Assembly: GCA_964016885.1 (NCBI GenBank)
Contig: OZ024743.1
Span: forward strand, 205,530,001-205,594,000
DNA: 64,000 bases
From: Eledone cirrhosa
Lineage: Eukaryota
Reading direction: 5' to 3'
Shown here: in pieces, positions 1-13,150 of the stretch
Position numbering within the stretch: position 1 is the first letter of the stretch
How the letters are laid out: every line of letters starts with the position of its first letter
The notes under the pieces: generated by a model
The model's input: the letters and a program-made list of their open reading frames with translations, nothing else
Databases searched by the model: none
Told to the model about the DNA's origin: nothing
Made by a program: the position numbers and the translations under genes

Positions 1-3000
1 CTCCCCTTGATTCTTTTTACAAATTATCTCCCCCTGATTTTTTTTACAAATCTCCCCCTAATTTAAAAAAAAATTATCTCCCCTTCGCTGGCTGGAAATT
101 ATCTCCCCTTGGACGCTGAAAATTATAGCCCCTTGGAGGCTGGAAATTATCTTCCCTTGGACGGCTGGAAATTATCTCCCCTTGATTTTTTTACAAATTA
201 TCTCCCCCTGATTTTTTTTTACAAATTATCTCCCCCTGATTTTTTTTTTACAAATTATCTCCCCTTGGACGGGTGGAAATTATCTCCCCTTGGACGGCTT
301 GAAATTATCTCCCCTTGGACGGCTAGAAATTACCTCTCCTTGGACGGCTGAAAATTATCTCCCCTTGATTTTTTTTACAAATTATCTCCCCCTGATTTTT
401 TTTTTTACAAATTATCTCCCCCTGATTTTATTTTACATATTATCTACCCCTGATTTTTTTTTACAAATTATCTCCACCTGATCTTTTTTACAAATTATCT
501 CCCCCTGATTTTTTTTTTACAAATTATCTCCCCCTGATTTTTTTACAAATTATCTCCCCCTAATTTATTTTACAAATTATCTCCGCCTGATTTTTTTAAA
601 TATTATCTTCCCTTGGCTGGCGGGAAATAATCTCCCCTTGGACGGCTGGAAATTATCTCCCCTTGGAAGGATGGAAATTATCTTCCCTTGGACGGCTGGA
701 AATTATCTCCCCTTGCACGGCTGGAAATTATCTCACCTTGGACGGCTGGAAATTATCTCCCCTTCGCTGGAAATTATCTCCCCTTGGATGGCTAGAAATT
801 ATCTCTCTTTGGACGGCTGGAAATTATCTCCCCTTGATTCTTTTTACAAATTATCTCCCCCTGATTTTTTTTACAAATCTCCCAGTGATTTTTAAAAAAA
901 ATTATCTCCCTTTCGCTGGCTGGAAATTATCTCCCCTTGGACGCTGGAAATTATAGCCCCTTGGAGGGCTGGAAATTATCTTCCCTTGGACGGCTGGAAA
1001 TTATCTCCCCTTGATTTTTTTTACATATTATCTCCCCCTGATTTTTTTTACAACTTATCTCCGCCTGATTTTTTTAAAAAAATTATCTCCCCTTGGACGG
1101 CTGGAAATTATCTCCCCTTGGACGGCTGGAAATTATCTCTCCTTGGACGGCTAGAAATTACCTCTCCTTGGACGGCTGAAAATTATCTCCCCTTGGACGG
1201 CTGGAAATTATCTCCCCTTGATTTTTTTTACAAATTATCTCCCCCTGATTTTTTTTTACAAATTATCTCCCCCTGATTTTTTTTACAAATTATATTCCCT
1301 TGGCTGGCTGGAAATTATCTCCCCTTGGAGGCTGGAATTTATCTCCCCTTGGACGGCTAGAAATTACCTCTCCTTGGACGGCTGGAAATTATGTCTCCTT
1401 GGACGGCTGGAAATTATCTCCCCTTGGACGGCTGGAAATTATCTCCCCTTGGACGGCTGGAAATTATCTCCCCTTGATTTTGTATACAAATTATCTCCCC
1501 CTGATATTTTTTTACAAATTATCTGCCCCTGATTATTTTTTACAAATTATCTCCCCCTGATTTTTTTTTACAAATCTCCACCTAATTAAAAAAAAAATTA
1601 TCTCCCCTTCGCTGGCTGGAAATTATCTCCCCTTGGACGCTGGAAATTATAGCCCCTTGGAGGGCTGGAAGTTATCTTCGCTTCGAGGGCTGGAAATTAT
1701 CTTCCCTTGGACGGCTAGAAATTATCTCCCCTTGATTTTTTTTACAAATTATCTCCCCCTGATTTTTTTTTTACAAATTATCTCCGCCTGATTTTTTTTT
1801 AAAATTATCTCCCCTTGGACGGCTGGAAATTATCTCCCCTTGGACGGCTGGAAATTATCTCCCCTTGGACGGCTAGAAATTACGTCTCCTTGGACGGCTG
1901 AAAATTATCTCCCCTTGGACGGCTGGAAATTATCTCCCCTTGATTTTTTTTTACAAATTGTCTCCCCCTGATTTTTTTTTACAAATTATCTACCCGTGAT
2001 TTTTTTTTACAAATTATCTCCCCCTGATTTTTTTTACAAATTATCTCCCCCTGATTTTTTTTTACAAATTATCTCCCCCTGATTTTTTTTACAAATCTCC
2101 CCCTAATTTAAAAAAAAATTATCTCCCCTTCGCTGGCTGGAAATTATCTCCCTTTGGACGGCTGGAAATTATAGCTGCTTGTAGGGCTGGAAATTATCTC
2201 CCCTTGGACGGCTGGAAATTATCTTCCCTTGATTTTTTTTACTAATTATCTCCCCCTGATTTTTTTTACAAATATCTCCCCTTGGCTGCCTGGAAATTAT
2301 CTCCCATTGGCAGGCTGGAAATGATCTCCCCTTGGACGGCTGGAAATTATCTCCCCTTGGACGCCTAGAAATTACCTCTCCTTGGACAGCTGTAAATTAT
2401 CTCCCCTTGGACGGCTGGAAATTATCTCCCCTTGATTTTGTATACAAATTATCTCCCCCTGATTTTTTTTTACAAATTATCTGCCCCTGATTATTTTTTT
2501 ACAAATTAGCTCCGCCTGATTTTTTTTTAAAATTATCTCCCCTTGGACGGCTGGAAATTATCTCCCCTTGGACGGCTGGAAATTATCTCCCCTTGAACGG
2601 CTAGAAATTACCTCTCCTTGGACGGCTGAAAATTATCTCCCCTTGGACGGCTGGAAATTATCGCCCCCTGATTTTTTTTAACAAATTATCTCCACCTGAT
2701 TTTTTTTACAAATCATCTCCGCCTGATTTTTTAAAGAAATTATCTCCCTTGGCTTGCTGGAAATTATCTCCCCTTGGACGGCTATAAATTATCTCTCCTT
2801 CGACGGCTGGAAATTATCTCCCCTTGATTTTTTTACAAATTATCTCCCCCTGATTTTTTTTTACCAATCTACCCCTGATTTAAAAAAAAAAATTATCTCC
2901 CCTTCGCTGGCTGGAAATTATCTCCCCTTGGACGGCTGGAAATTATCTCCCCTTGGAAGGATGGAAATTATCTCCCCTTGGACGGCTGGAAATTATCTCC

Positions 3001-3940
3001 CCTTGCACGGCTGGAAATTATCTCCCCTTGGACGGCTAGAAATTGCCTCTCCTTGAACGGCTGAAAATTATCTCCCCTTGGACGGCTGGAAATTATCTCC
3101 CCCTGATTTTTTTTACAAATTATCTCCCCTTGCACGGCTGGAAATTATCTCCCCTTGGACGGCTGGAAATTATCTGCCCTTGATTTTGTTTTTACAAATT
3201 ATCTCCCCCTGATTTTTTTTACAAATTATCTCCACCTGATATTTAAAAAAATTATCTCCCCTTGGACGGCTGGAAATTATCTCCCCTTGGCTGGAAATTA
3301 TCTCCCCTTTGACGGCTAGAAATTATCTCTCTTTGGACGGCTGGAAATTATCTCCCCTTGATTCTTTTTACAAATTATCTCCCCCTGATTTTTTTTACAA
3401 ATCTCCCAGTGATTTTTAAAAAAAAATTATCTCCCCTTCGCTGGCTGGAAATTATCTCCCCTTGGACGCTGGAAATTATAGCCCCTTGGAGGCTGGAAAT
3501 TATCTTCCCTTGGACGGCTGGAAATTATCTCCCCTTGATTTTTTTACAAATTATCTCCCCCTGATTTTTTTTTACAAATTATCTCCCCCTGATTTTTTTT
3601 TACAAATTATCTCCCCCTGATTTTTTTTACAAATTATCTCCCCCTGATTTTTTTACAAATTATCTCCCCTTGGCTGGCTGGAAATTATCTCCCCTTGGAG
3701 GCTGGAATTTATCTCCCCTTGGACGGCTGGAAATTATCTCCCATTGGACGGCTAGAAATTACCTCTCCTTGGACGGCTGAAAATTATCTCCCCTTGGACG
3801 GCTGGAAATTATCTCCCCTTGATTTTTTTACAAATTATCTCCCCCTGATTTTTTTTTACAAATTATCTCCCCCTGAATTTTTTTTTACAAATTATCTCCC
3901 CCTGATTTTTTTTACAAATTATCTCCCCCTGATTTTTTTA

Positions 3941-4256
3941 CAAATTATCTCCCCTTGGCTGGCTGGAAATTATCTCCCCTTGGAGGCTGGAATTTATCTC
4001 CCCTTGGACGGCTGGAAATTATCTCCCCTTGGACGGCTAGAAATTACCTCTCCTTGGACGGCTGGAAATTATCTCCCCTTGAACGGCTGGAAATTATCTC
4101 CCCTTGGACGGCTGGAAATTATCTCCCCTTGGACGGCTGGAAATTATCTCCCCTTGGACGGCTAGAAATTACCTCTCCTTGGACGGCTGGAAATTATCTC
4201 CCCTTGGACGGCTGGAAATTATCTCCCCTTGGACGGCTGGAAATTATTTCCCCTTG
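3941..4256 (+). repeat. Example of a long type-A run (about a dozen 25-bp monomers, GGAAATTATCTCCCCTTGGACGGCT)
   Basis: Direct 25-bp periodicity with isolated variants (GGAGGCTGGAATTT, CTAGAAATTACCTCTCC, TTGAACGG). Confidence 0.95.
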
Positions 4257-7200
4257 ATTTTTTTTACAAATCATCTCCCCCTGATTTTTTTTACAAATCT
4301 CCCCCTAATTTAAAAAAAAATTAGCTCCCCTTCGCTGGCTGGAAATTATCTCCCTTTGGACGGCTGGAAATTATAGCTGCTTGTAGGGCTGGAAATTATC
4401 TCCCCTTGGACGGCTGGAAATTATCTCCCCTTGATTTTTTTTTACTAATTATCTCCCCCTGATTTTTTTTTACAAATATCTCCCCTTGGCTGCCTGGAAA
4501 TTATCTCCCCTTGGCAGGCTGGAAATGATCTCCCCTTGGACGGCTGGAAATTATCTCCCCTTGGACGCCTAGAAATTACCTCTCCTTGGACAGCTGTAAA
4601 TTATCTCCCCTTGGACGGCTGGAAATTATCTCGCCTTGGACGGCTGGAAATTATCTCTCCTTGATTTTGTATACAAATTATCTCCCCCTGATTTTTTTTT
4701 ACAAATTATCTGCCCCTGATTATTTTTTTACAAATTAGCTCCGCCTGATTTTTTTTAAAAATTATCTCCCCTTGGACGGCTGGAAATTATCTCCCCTTGG
4801 ACGGCTGGAAATTATCTCCCCTTGAACGGCTAGAAATTACCTCTCCTTGGACGGCTGAAAATTATCTCCCCTTGGACGGCTGGAAATTATCGCCCCCTGA
4901 TTTTTTTTAACAAATTATCTCCACCTGATTTTTTTTACAAATCATCTCCGCCTGATTTTTTTAAGAAATTATCTCCCTTGGCTTGCTGGAAATTATCTTC
5001 CCTTGGACGGCTAGAAATTACCTCTCCTTGGACGGCTGGAAATTATGTCTCCTTGGACGGCTGGAAATTATCTCCCCTTGGACGGCTGGAAATTATCTCC
5101 CCTTGGACGGCTGGAAATTATCTCCCCTTGGACGGCTAGATATTACCTCTCCTTGGACGGCTGGAAATTATCTGCCCTTGGACGGCTGGAAATTATCTCC
5201 CCTTGGACGGCTGGAAATTATTTCCCCTTGATTTTTTTTACAGATTATCTCCCCCTGATTTTTTTTTACAAATCTCCCCCTAATTTAAAAAAAAATTATC
5301 TCCCCTTCGCTGGCTGGAAATTATCTTCCTTTGGACGGCTGGAAATTATAGCCGCTTGTAGGGCTGGAAATTATCTCCCCTTGGACGGCTGGAAATTATC
5401 TCCCCTTGATTTTTTTTACTAATTATCTTACCCTGAATTTTTTTTACAAATTATCTCCGCCTGATTTTTTTAAAAAAATTATCTCCCCTTGGCTGGATGG
5501 AAATTATCTCCCCTTGGACGGCTGGAAATTATCTCCCCTTGATTTCTTCTACAAAGTATCTACCCCTGATTTTTTTTTTACAAATTATTTCTCCCTGATT
5601 TTTTTTTACAAATATCTCCCCTTGGCTGGCTGGAAATTACCTCCCCTTGGCTGGCTGGAAATTATCTCCCCCTGATATTTTTTTACAAATTAGCTCCCCC
5701 TGATTTTTTTTTACAAATTATCTCCCCCTGATTTTTTTCACAAATTATCTCCCCCTGATTTTTTTTACAAATTATCTCCCCTGATTTGAAAAAAAAAATT
5801 ATCTCCCCTTGGACGGCTGGAAATTATCTCCCCTTGACGGCTATAAATTATCTCTCCTTCGACGGCTGTAAATTATCTCCCCTTGATTTTTTTACAAATT
5901 ATCTCCCCCTGATTTTTTTTTACCAATCTACCCCTGATTTAAAAAAAAAATTATCTCCCCTTCGCTGGCTGGAAATTATCTCCCCTTGGACGGCTGGAAA
6001 TTATCTCCCCTTGATTTTTTTTACAAATTATCTCCCACTGATTTTTTTTTACAAATTATCTCCCCCTGATTTTTTTTTTACAAATTATCTCCGCCTGATT
6101 TTTTTAAAAATTATCTCCCCTTGGACGGCTGGAAATTATCTCCCCTTGGACGGCTGGAAATTATATCCCCTTGGACGGCTAGAAATTACCTCTCCTTGGA
6201 CGGCTGAAAATTATCTCCCCTTGGACGGCTGGAAATTATCTCCCCTTGATTTTTTTTACAAATTATCTCCCCCTGATTTTTTTTACAAATTATCTCCCCC
6301 TGATTTTTTTTTACAAATTATCTCCCCCTGATTTTTTTACAAATTATCTCCCCTTGGCTGGCTGGAAATTATCTCCCCTTGGAGGCTGGAATTTATCTCC
6401 CCTTGGAGGGCTGGAAATTATCTCCCCTTGGACGGCTAGAAATTACCTCTCCTTGGACGGCTGGAAATTATCTCCCCTTGAACGGCTGGAAATTATCTCC
6501 CCTTGGACGGCTGGAAATTATCTCCCCTTGAACGGCTGGAAATTATCTCCCCTTGGACGGCTAGAAATTACCTCTCCTTGGACGGCTGGAAATTATCTCC
6601 CCTTGGACGGCTGGAAATTATCTCCCCTTGGACGGCTGGAAATTATTTCCCCTTGATTTTTTTTACAAATTATCTCCCCCTGATTTTTTTTACAAATATC
6701 CCCCTAATTTAAAAAAAAATTATCTCCCCTTCGCTGGCTGGAAATTATCTCCCTTTGGACGGCTGGAAATTATAGCTGCTTGTCGAGCTAGAAATTATCT
6801 CCCCTTGAACGGCTGGAAATTATCTCCCCTTGATTTTTTTTACTAATTATCTCCACCTGATTTTTTTTTACAAATTATCTCCGCCTGATTTTTTTTTTTA
6901 AATTATCTCCCCTTGGCTGGATGGAAATTTTCTCCCCTTGGACGGCTGGAAATTATCTCCCCTTGATGTCTTCTACAAATTATCTACCCCTGATTTTTTT
7001 TTTACAAATCATCTCTCCCTGATTTTTTTTACAAATATCTCCCCTTGGCTGGCTGGAAATTATCTCCCCTTGGCTGGCTGGAAATTATCTCCCCTTGGAC
7101 GGCTGGAAATTATCTCCCCTTGGACGCCTAGAAATTACCTCTCCTTGGACAGCTGTAAATTATCTCCCCTTGGACGGCTGGAAATTCTCTCGCCTTGGAC

Positions 7201-7419
7201 GGCTGGAAATTATCTCCCCTTGATTTTGTATACAAATTATCTCCCCCTGATTTTTTCTTACAAATTATCTGCCCCTGATTTTTTTTTTACAAATTAGCTC
7301 CGCCTGATTTTTTTTTTAAATTATCTCCCCTTGGACGGCTGATAATTATCTCCCCTTGGACGGCTAGAAATTATCTCCCCTTGGACGGCTAGAAATTACC
7401 TCTCCTTGGACGGCTGAAA

Positions 7420-10400
7420 ATTATCTCCCCTTGGACGGCTGGAAATTATCTCCCCTTGATTTTGATTTTACAAATTATCTTCCCCTGATTTTTTTTACAA
7501 ATTATCTCCACCTGATTTTTTAAAAAATTATCTCCCCTTGGACGGCTGGAAATTATCTCCCCTTGGCTGGAAATTATCTCCCCTTGGACGATTAGAAATT
7601 ATCTCTCTTTGGACGGCTGGAAATTATCTCCCCTTGGACGCTGGAAATTATAGCCCCTTGGAGGGCTGGAAGTTATCTTCGCTTGGAGGGCTGGAAATTA
7701 TCGCCCCTTGATTTTTCTTACAAATTATCTCCCCCTGATTTTTTTTTACAAATTATCTCCCCCTGATTTTTTTTTTACCAATTATCTCCACCTGATTTTT
7801 TTTTAAATTATCTCCCCTTGGACGGCTGGAAATTATCTCCCCTTGGACGGCTGGAAATTATCTCCCCTTGGACGGCTAGAAATTACCTCTTCTTGGACGG
7901 CTGAAAATTATCTCCCCTTGGACGGCTGGAAATTATCTCCCCTTGATTTTGTATACAAATTATCTCCCCCTGATTTTTTTTTACAAATTATCTCCCCCTG
8001 ATTTTTTTTTACAAATTATCTCCCCCTGATTTTTTTTTACAAATTATCTCCTGATTTTTTTTACAAATTATCTCCCCTTGGCTGGCTGGAAATTATCTCC
8101 CCTTGGAGGCTGGAAATTATCTCCCCTTGGACGGCTAGAAATTACCTCTCCTTGGACGGCTGGAAATTATCTGCCCTTGGACGGCTGGAAATTATCTCTC
8201 CTTGGACGGCTGGAAATTATCTGCCCTTGGACGGCTGGAAATTATCTCCCCTTGGACGGCTGGAAATTATTTCCCCTTGATTTTTTTTACAAATTATCTC
8301 CCCCTGATTTTTTTTTACAAATCTCCCCCTAATTTAAAAAAAAATTATCTCCCCTTCGCTGGCTGGAAATTATCTTCCTTTGGACGGTTGGAAATTATAG
8401 CCGCTTGTAGGGCTGGAAATTATCTCCCCTTGGACGGCTGGGAATTATCTCCCCTTGATTTTTTTACTAATTATCTCACCCTGATTTTTTTTTACAAATT
8501 ATCTCCGCCTCATTTTTAAAAAAAAATTATCTCCCCTTGGCTGGATGGAAATTATCTCCCCTTGGACGGCTGGAAATTATCTCCCCTTGGAAGGATAGAA
8601 ATTATCTCCCCTTGGACGGCTGGAAATTATCTCCCCTTGCACGGCTGGAAATTATCTCCCCTTGGACGGCTAGAAATTACCTCTCCTTGGACGGCTGAAA
8701 ATTATCTCCCCTTGGACGGCTGGAAATTATCTCCCCCTGATTTTTTTTACAAATTATCTCCCCTTGCACGGCTGGAAATTATCTCCCCTTGGACGGCTGG
8801 AAATTATCTGCCCTTGATTTTGTTTTTACAAATTATCTCCCCCTGATTTTTTTTACAAATTATCTCCACCTGATATTTAAAAAAATTATCTCCCCTTGGA
8901 CGGCTGGAAATTATCTCCCCTTGGCTGGAAATTATCTCCCCTTGGACGGCTAGAAATTATCTCTCTTTGGACGGCTGGAAATTATCTCCCCTTGATTCTT
9001 TTTACAATTTATCTCCCCCTGATTTTTTTTACAAATCTCCCCCTGATTTTTTTTTACAAATTATCTGCCCCTGATTATTTTTTTACAAATTAGCAACGCC
9101 TGATTTTTTTAAAAAATTATCTCACCTTGGACGGCTGGAAATTATCTCCCCTTGGACGGCTGGAAATTATCTCCCCTTGAACGGCTAGAAATTACCTCTC
9201 CTTGGACGGCTGAAAATTATCTCCCCTTGGACGGCTGGAAATTATCTCCCCTTGATTTTTTTACAAATTATCTCCCCCTGATTTTTTTTTTACAAATTAT
9301 CTCCCCCTGATTTTTTTTTACAAATTATCTACCCCTGATTTTTTTTTCCAAATTATCTCCCCCTGATTTTTTTTTACAAATTATCTCCCCGTTTTTTTTT
9401 ACAAATTATTTCCCCCTGATTTTTTTACAAATTATCTCCCCCTGATTTTTTTTACAAATTATCTCCGCCTGATTTTTTTAAATATTATCTTCCCTTGGCT
9501 GGCGGGAAATTATCTCCCCTTGGACGCCTGGAAATTATCTCCCCTTGGAAGGATGGAAATTATCTCCCCTTGGACGGCTGGAAATTATCTCCCCTTGCAC
9601 TGCTGGAAATTATCTCCCCTTGGACGGCTGGAAATTATCTGCCCTTGATTTTGTTTTTACAAATTATCTTCCCCTGATTTTTTTACAAATTATCTCCACC
9701 TGATTTTTTTAAAAATTATCTCCCCTTAGACGGCTGGAAATTATCTCCCATTGGCTGGAAATTATCTCCCCTTGGACGGCTAGAAATTATCTCTCTTTGG
9801 ACGGCTGGAAATTATCTCCCCTTGATTTTTTTACAAATTATCTCCCCCTGATTTTTTTTACAAATCTCCCAGTGATTTTTTTAAAAAATTATCTCCCCTT
9901 CGCTGGCTGGAAATTATCTCCCCTTGGACGCTGGAAATTATAGCCCCTTGGAGGGCTGGAAGTTATCTTCCCTTGGAGGGCTGGAAATTATCTTCCCTTG
10001 GACGGCTGGAAATTATCTCCCCTTGATTTTTTTTACATATTATCTCCCCCTGATTTTTTTTTACGAATTATCTCCCCGATTTTTTTTTACAAATTATCTC
10101 CCCCTGATTTTTTTTTACAAATTATCTCCGCCTGATTTTTTAAAAAAAATCATCTCCCCTTGGACGGCTGGAAATTATCTCCCCTTGAACGGCTGGAAAT
10201 TATCTCCCCTTGGACGGCTGGAAATTATCTCCCCTTGGACGGCTGGAAATTATCTCCCCTTGATTTTGATTTTACAAATTATCTTCCCCTGATTTTTTTT
10301 ACAAATTATCTCCACCTGATTTTTTAAAAAATTATCTCCCCTTGGACGGCTGGAAATTATCTCCCCTTGGCTGGAAATTATCTCCCCTTGGACGATTAGA

Positions 10401-13150
10401 AATTATCTCTCTTTGGACGGCTGGAAATTATCTCCCCTTGATTTTTTTTACAAATTATCTCCCCCTGATTTTTTTTACAAATCTCCCAGTGATTTTTTAA
10501 AAAAAATTATCTCCCCTTCGCTGGCTGGAAATTATCTCCCCTTGGACGCTGGAAATTATAGCCCCTTGGAGGGCTGGAAGTTATCTTCGCTTGGAGGGCT
10601 GGAAATTATCTCCCCTTGATTTTTTTTACAAATTATCTCCCCCTGATTTTTTTTTACAAATTATCTCCCCCTGATTTTTTTTTTACCAATTATCTCCACC
10701 TGATTTTTTTAAAAATTATCTCCCCTTGGACGGCTGGAAATTATCTCCCCTTGGACGGCTGGAAATTATCTCCCCTTGGACGGCTAGAAATTACCTCTTC
10801 TTGGACGGCTGAAAATTATCTCCCCTTGGACGGCTGGAAATTATCTCCCCTTGATTTTGTATACAAATTATCTCCCCCTGATTTTTTTTTTCAAATTATC
10901 ACCCCCTGATTTTTTTTTACAAATTATCTCCCCCTGATTTTTTTTTACAAATTATCTCCTGATTTTTTTTACAAATTATCTCCCCTTGGCTGGCTGGAAA
11001 TTATCTCCCCTTGGAGGCTGGAAATTATCTCCCCTTGGACGGCTAGAAATTACCTCTCCTTGGACGGCTGGAAATTATCTGCCCTTGGACGGCTGGAAAT
11101 TATCTCTCCTTGGACGGCTGGAAATTATCTGCCCTTGGACGGCTGGAAATTATCTCCCCTTGGACGGCTGGAAATTATTTCCCCTTGATTTTTTTTACAA
11201 ATTATCTCCCCCTGATTTTTTTTTACAAATCTCCCCCTAATTTAAAAAAAAATTATCTCCCCTTCGCTGGCTGGAAATTATCTTCCTTTGGACGGTTGGA
11301 AATTATAGCCGCTTGTAGGGCTGGAAATTATCTCCCCTTGGACGGCTGGGAATTATCTCCCCTTGATTTTTTTACTAATTATCTCACCCTGATTTTTTTT
11401 TACAAATTATCTCCGCCTCATTTTTTAAAAAAAATTATCTCCCCTTGGCTGGATGGAAATTATCTCCCCTTGGACGGCTGGAAATTATCTCCCCTTGGAA
11501 GGATAGAAATTATCTCCCCTTGGACGGCTGGAAATTATCTCCCCTTGCACGGCTGGAAATTATTTCCCCTTGGACGGCTAGAAATTACCTCTCCTTGGAC
11601 GGCTGAAAATTATCTCCCCTTGGACGGCTGGAAATTATCTCCCCCTGATTTTTTTTACAAATTATCTCCCCTTGCACGGCTGGAAATTATCTCCCCTTGG
11701 ACGGCTGGAAATTATCTGCCCTTGATTTTGTTTTTACAAATTATCTCCCCCTGATTTTTTTTACAAATTATCTCCACCTGATATTTAAAAAAATTATCTC
11801 CCCTTGGACGGCTGGAAATTATCTCCCCTTGGCTGGAAATTATCTCCCCTTGGACGGCTAGAAATTATCTCTCTTTGGACGGCTGGAAATTATCTCCCCT
11901 TGATTCTTTTTACAATTTATCTCCCCCTGATTTTTTTTACAAATCTCCCCCTGATTTTTTTTTACAAATTATCTGCCCCTGATTATTTTTTTACAAATTA
12001 GCAACGCCTGATTTTTTTAAAAAATTGTCTCACCTTGGACGGCTGGAAATTATCTCCCCTTGGACGGCTGGAAATTATCTCCCCTTGAACGGCTAGAAAT
12101 TACCTCTCCTTGGACGGCTGAAAATTATCTCCCCTTGGACGGCTGGAAATTATCTCCCCTTGATTTTTTTACAAATTATCTCCCCCTGATTTTTTTTTTA
12201 CAAATTATCTCCCCCTGATTTTTTTTTACAAATTATCTACCCCTGATTTTTTTTTCCAAATTATCTCCCCCTGATTTTTTTTTACAAATTATCTCCCCGT
12301 TTTTTTTTACAAATTATTTCCCCCTGATTTTTTTACAAATTATCTCCCCCTGATTTTTTTTACAAATTATCTCCGCCTGATTTTTTTAAATATTATCTTC
12401 CCTTGGCTGGCGGGAAATTATCTCCCCTTGGACGCCTGGAAATTATCTCCCCTTGGAAGGATGGAAATTATCTCCCCTTGGACGGCTGGAAATTATCTCC
12501 CCTTGCACTGCTGGAAATTATCTCCCCTTGGACGGCTGGAAATTATCTGCCCTTGATTTTGTTTTTACAAATTATCTTCCCCTGATTTTTTTACAAATTA
12601 TCTCCACCTGATTTTTTTAAAAATTATCTCCCCTTGGACGGCTGGAAATTATCTCCCATTGGCTGGAAATTATCTCCCCTTGGACGGCTAGAAATTATCT
12701 CTCTTTGGACGGCTGGAAATTATCTCCCCTTGATTTTTTTACAAATTATCTCCCCCTGATTTTTTTTACAAATCTCCCAGTGATTTTTTTAAAAAATTAT
12801 CTCCCCTTCGCTGGCTGGAAATTATCTCCCCTTGGACGCTGGAAATTATAGCCCCTTGGAGGGCTGGAAGTTATCTTCCCTTGGAGGGCTGGAAATTATC
12901 TTCCCTTGGACGGCTGGAAATTATCTCCCCTTGATTTTTTTTACATATTATCTCCCCCTGATTTTTTTTTACGAATTATCTCCCCGATTTTTTTTTACAA
13001 ATTATCTCCCCCTGATTTTTTTTTACAAATTATCTCCGCCTGATTTTTTAAAAAAAATCATCTCCCCTTGGACGGCTGGAAATTATCTCCCCTTGAACGG
13101 CTGGAAATTATCTCCCCTTGGACGGCTGGAAATTATCTCCCCTTGGACGG
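7420..13150 (+). repeat. Tandem duplication of ~2.8-2.9 kb (approximately 7420-10245 and 10246-13150)
   Basis: A constant 2,908 offset links 8078/10986, 8202/11110, 8896/11804, 9495/12403 and 9924/12832. Shared rare variants include GGAAGGATAGAA, TAGCAACGCC, CTGGGAATT and GGACGATTAGAA. Confidence 0.9.

Noticed and set aside
160-185. NF-kB-like GGAAATT...CCCC
   Set aside because: The spacing does not fit the 10-bp GGGRNWYYCC consensus on either strand.
180-260. T-tracts as intrinsic or Pol III terminators
   Set aside because: There is no upstream GC hairpin, gene or A/B-box promoter. The tracts are simply part of the B monomer.
760-782. CENP-B box-like CTTCGCTGGAAA
   Set aside because: It has TTCG and the downstream A but lacks the essential CGGG, so it is only a partial chance match.
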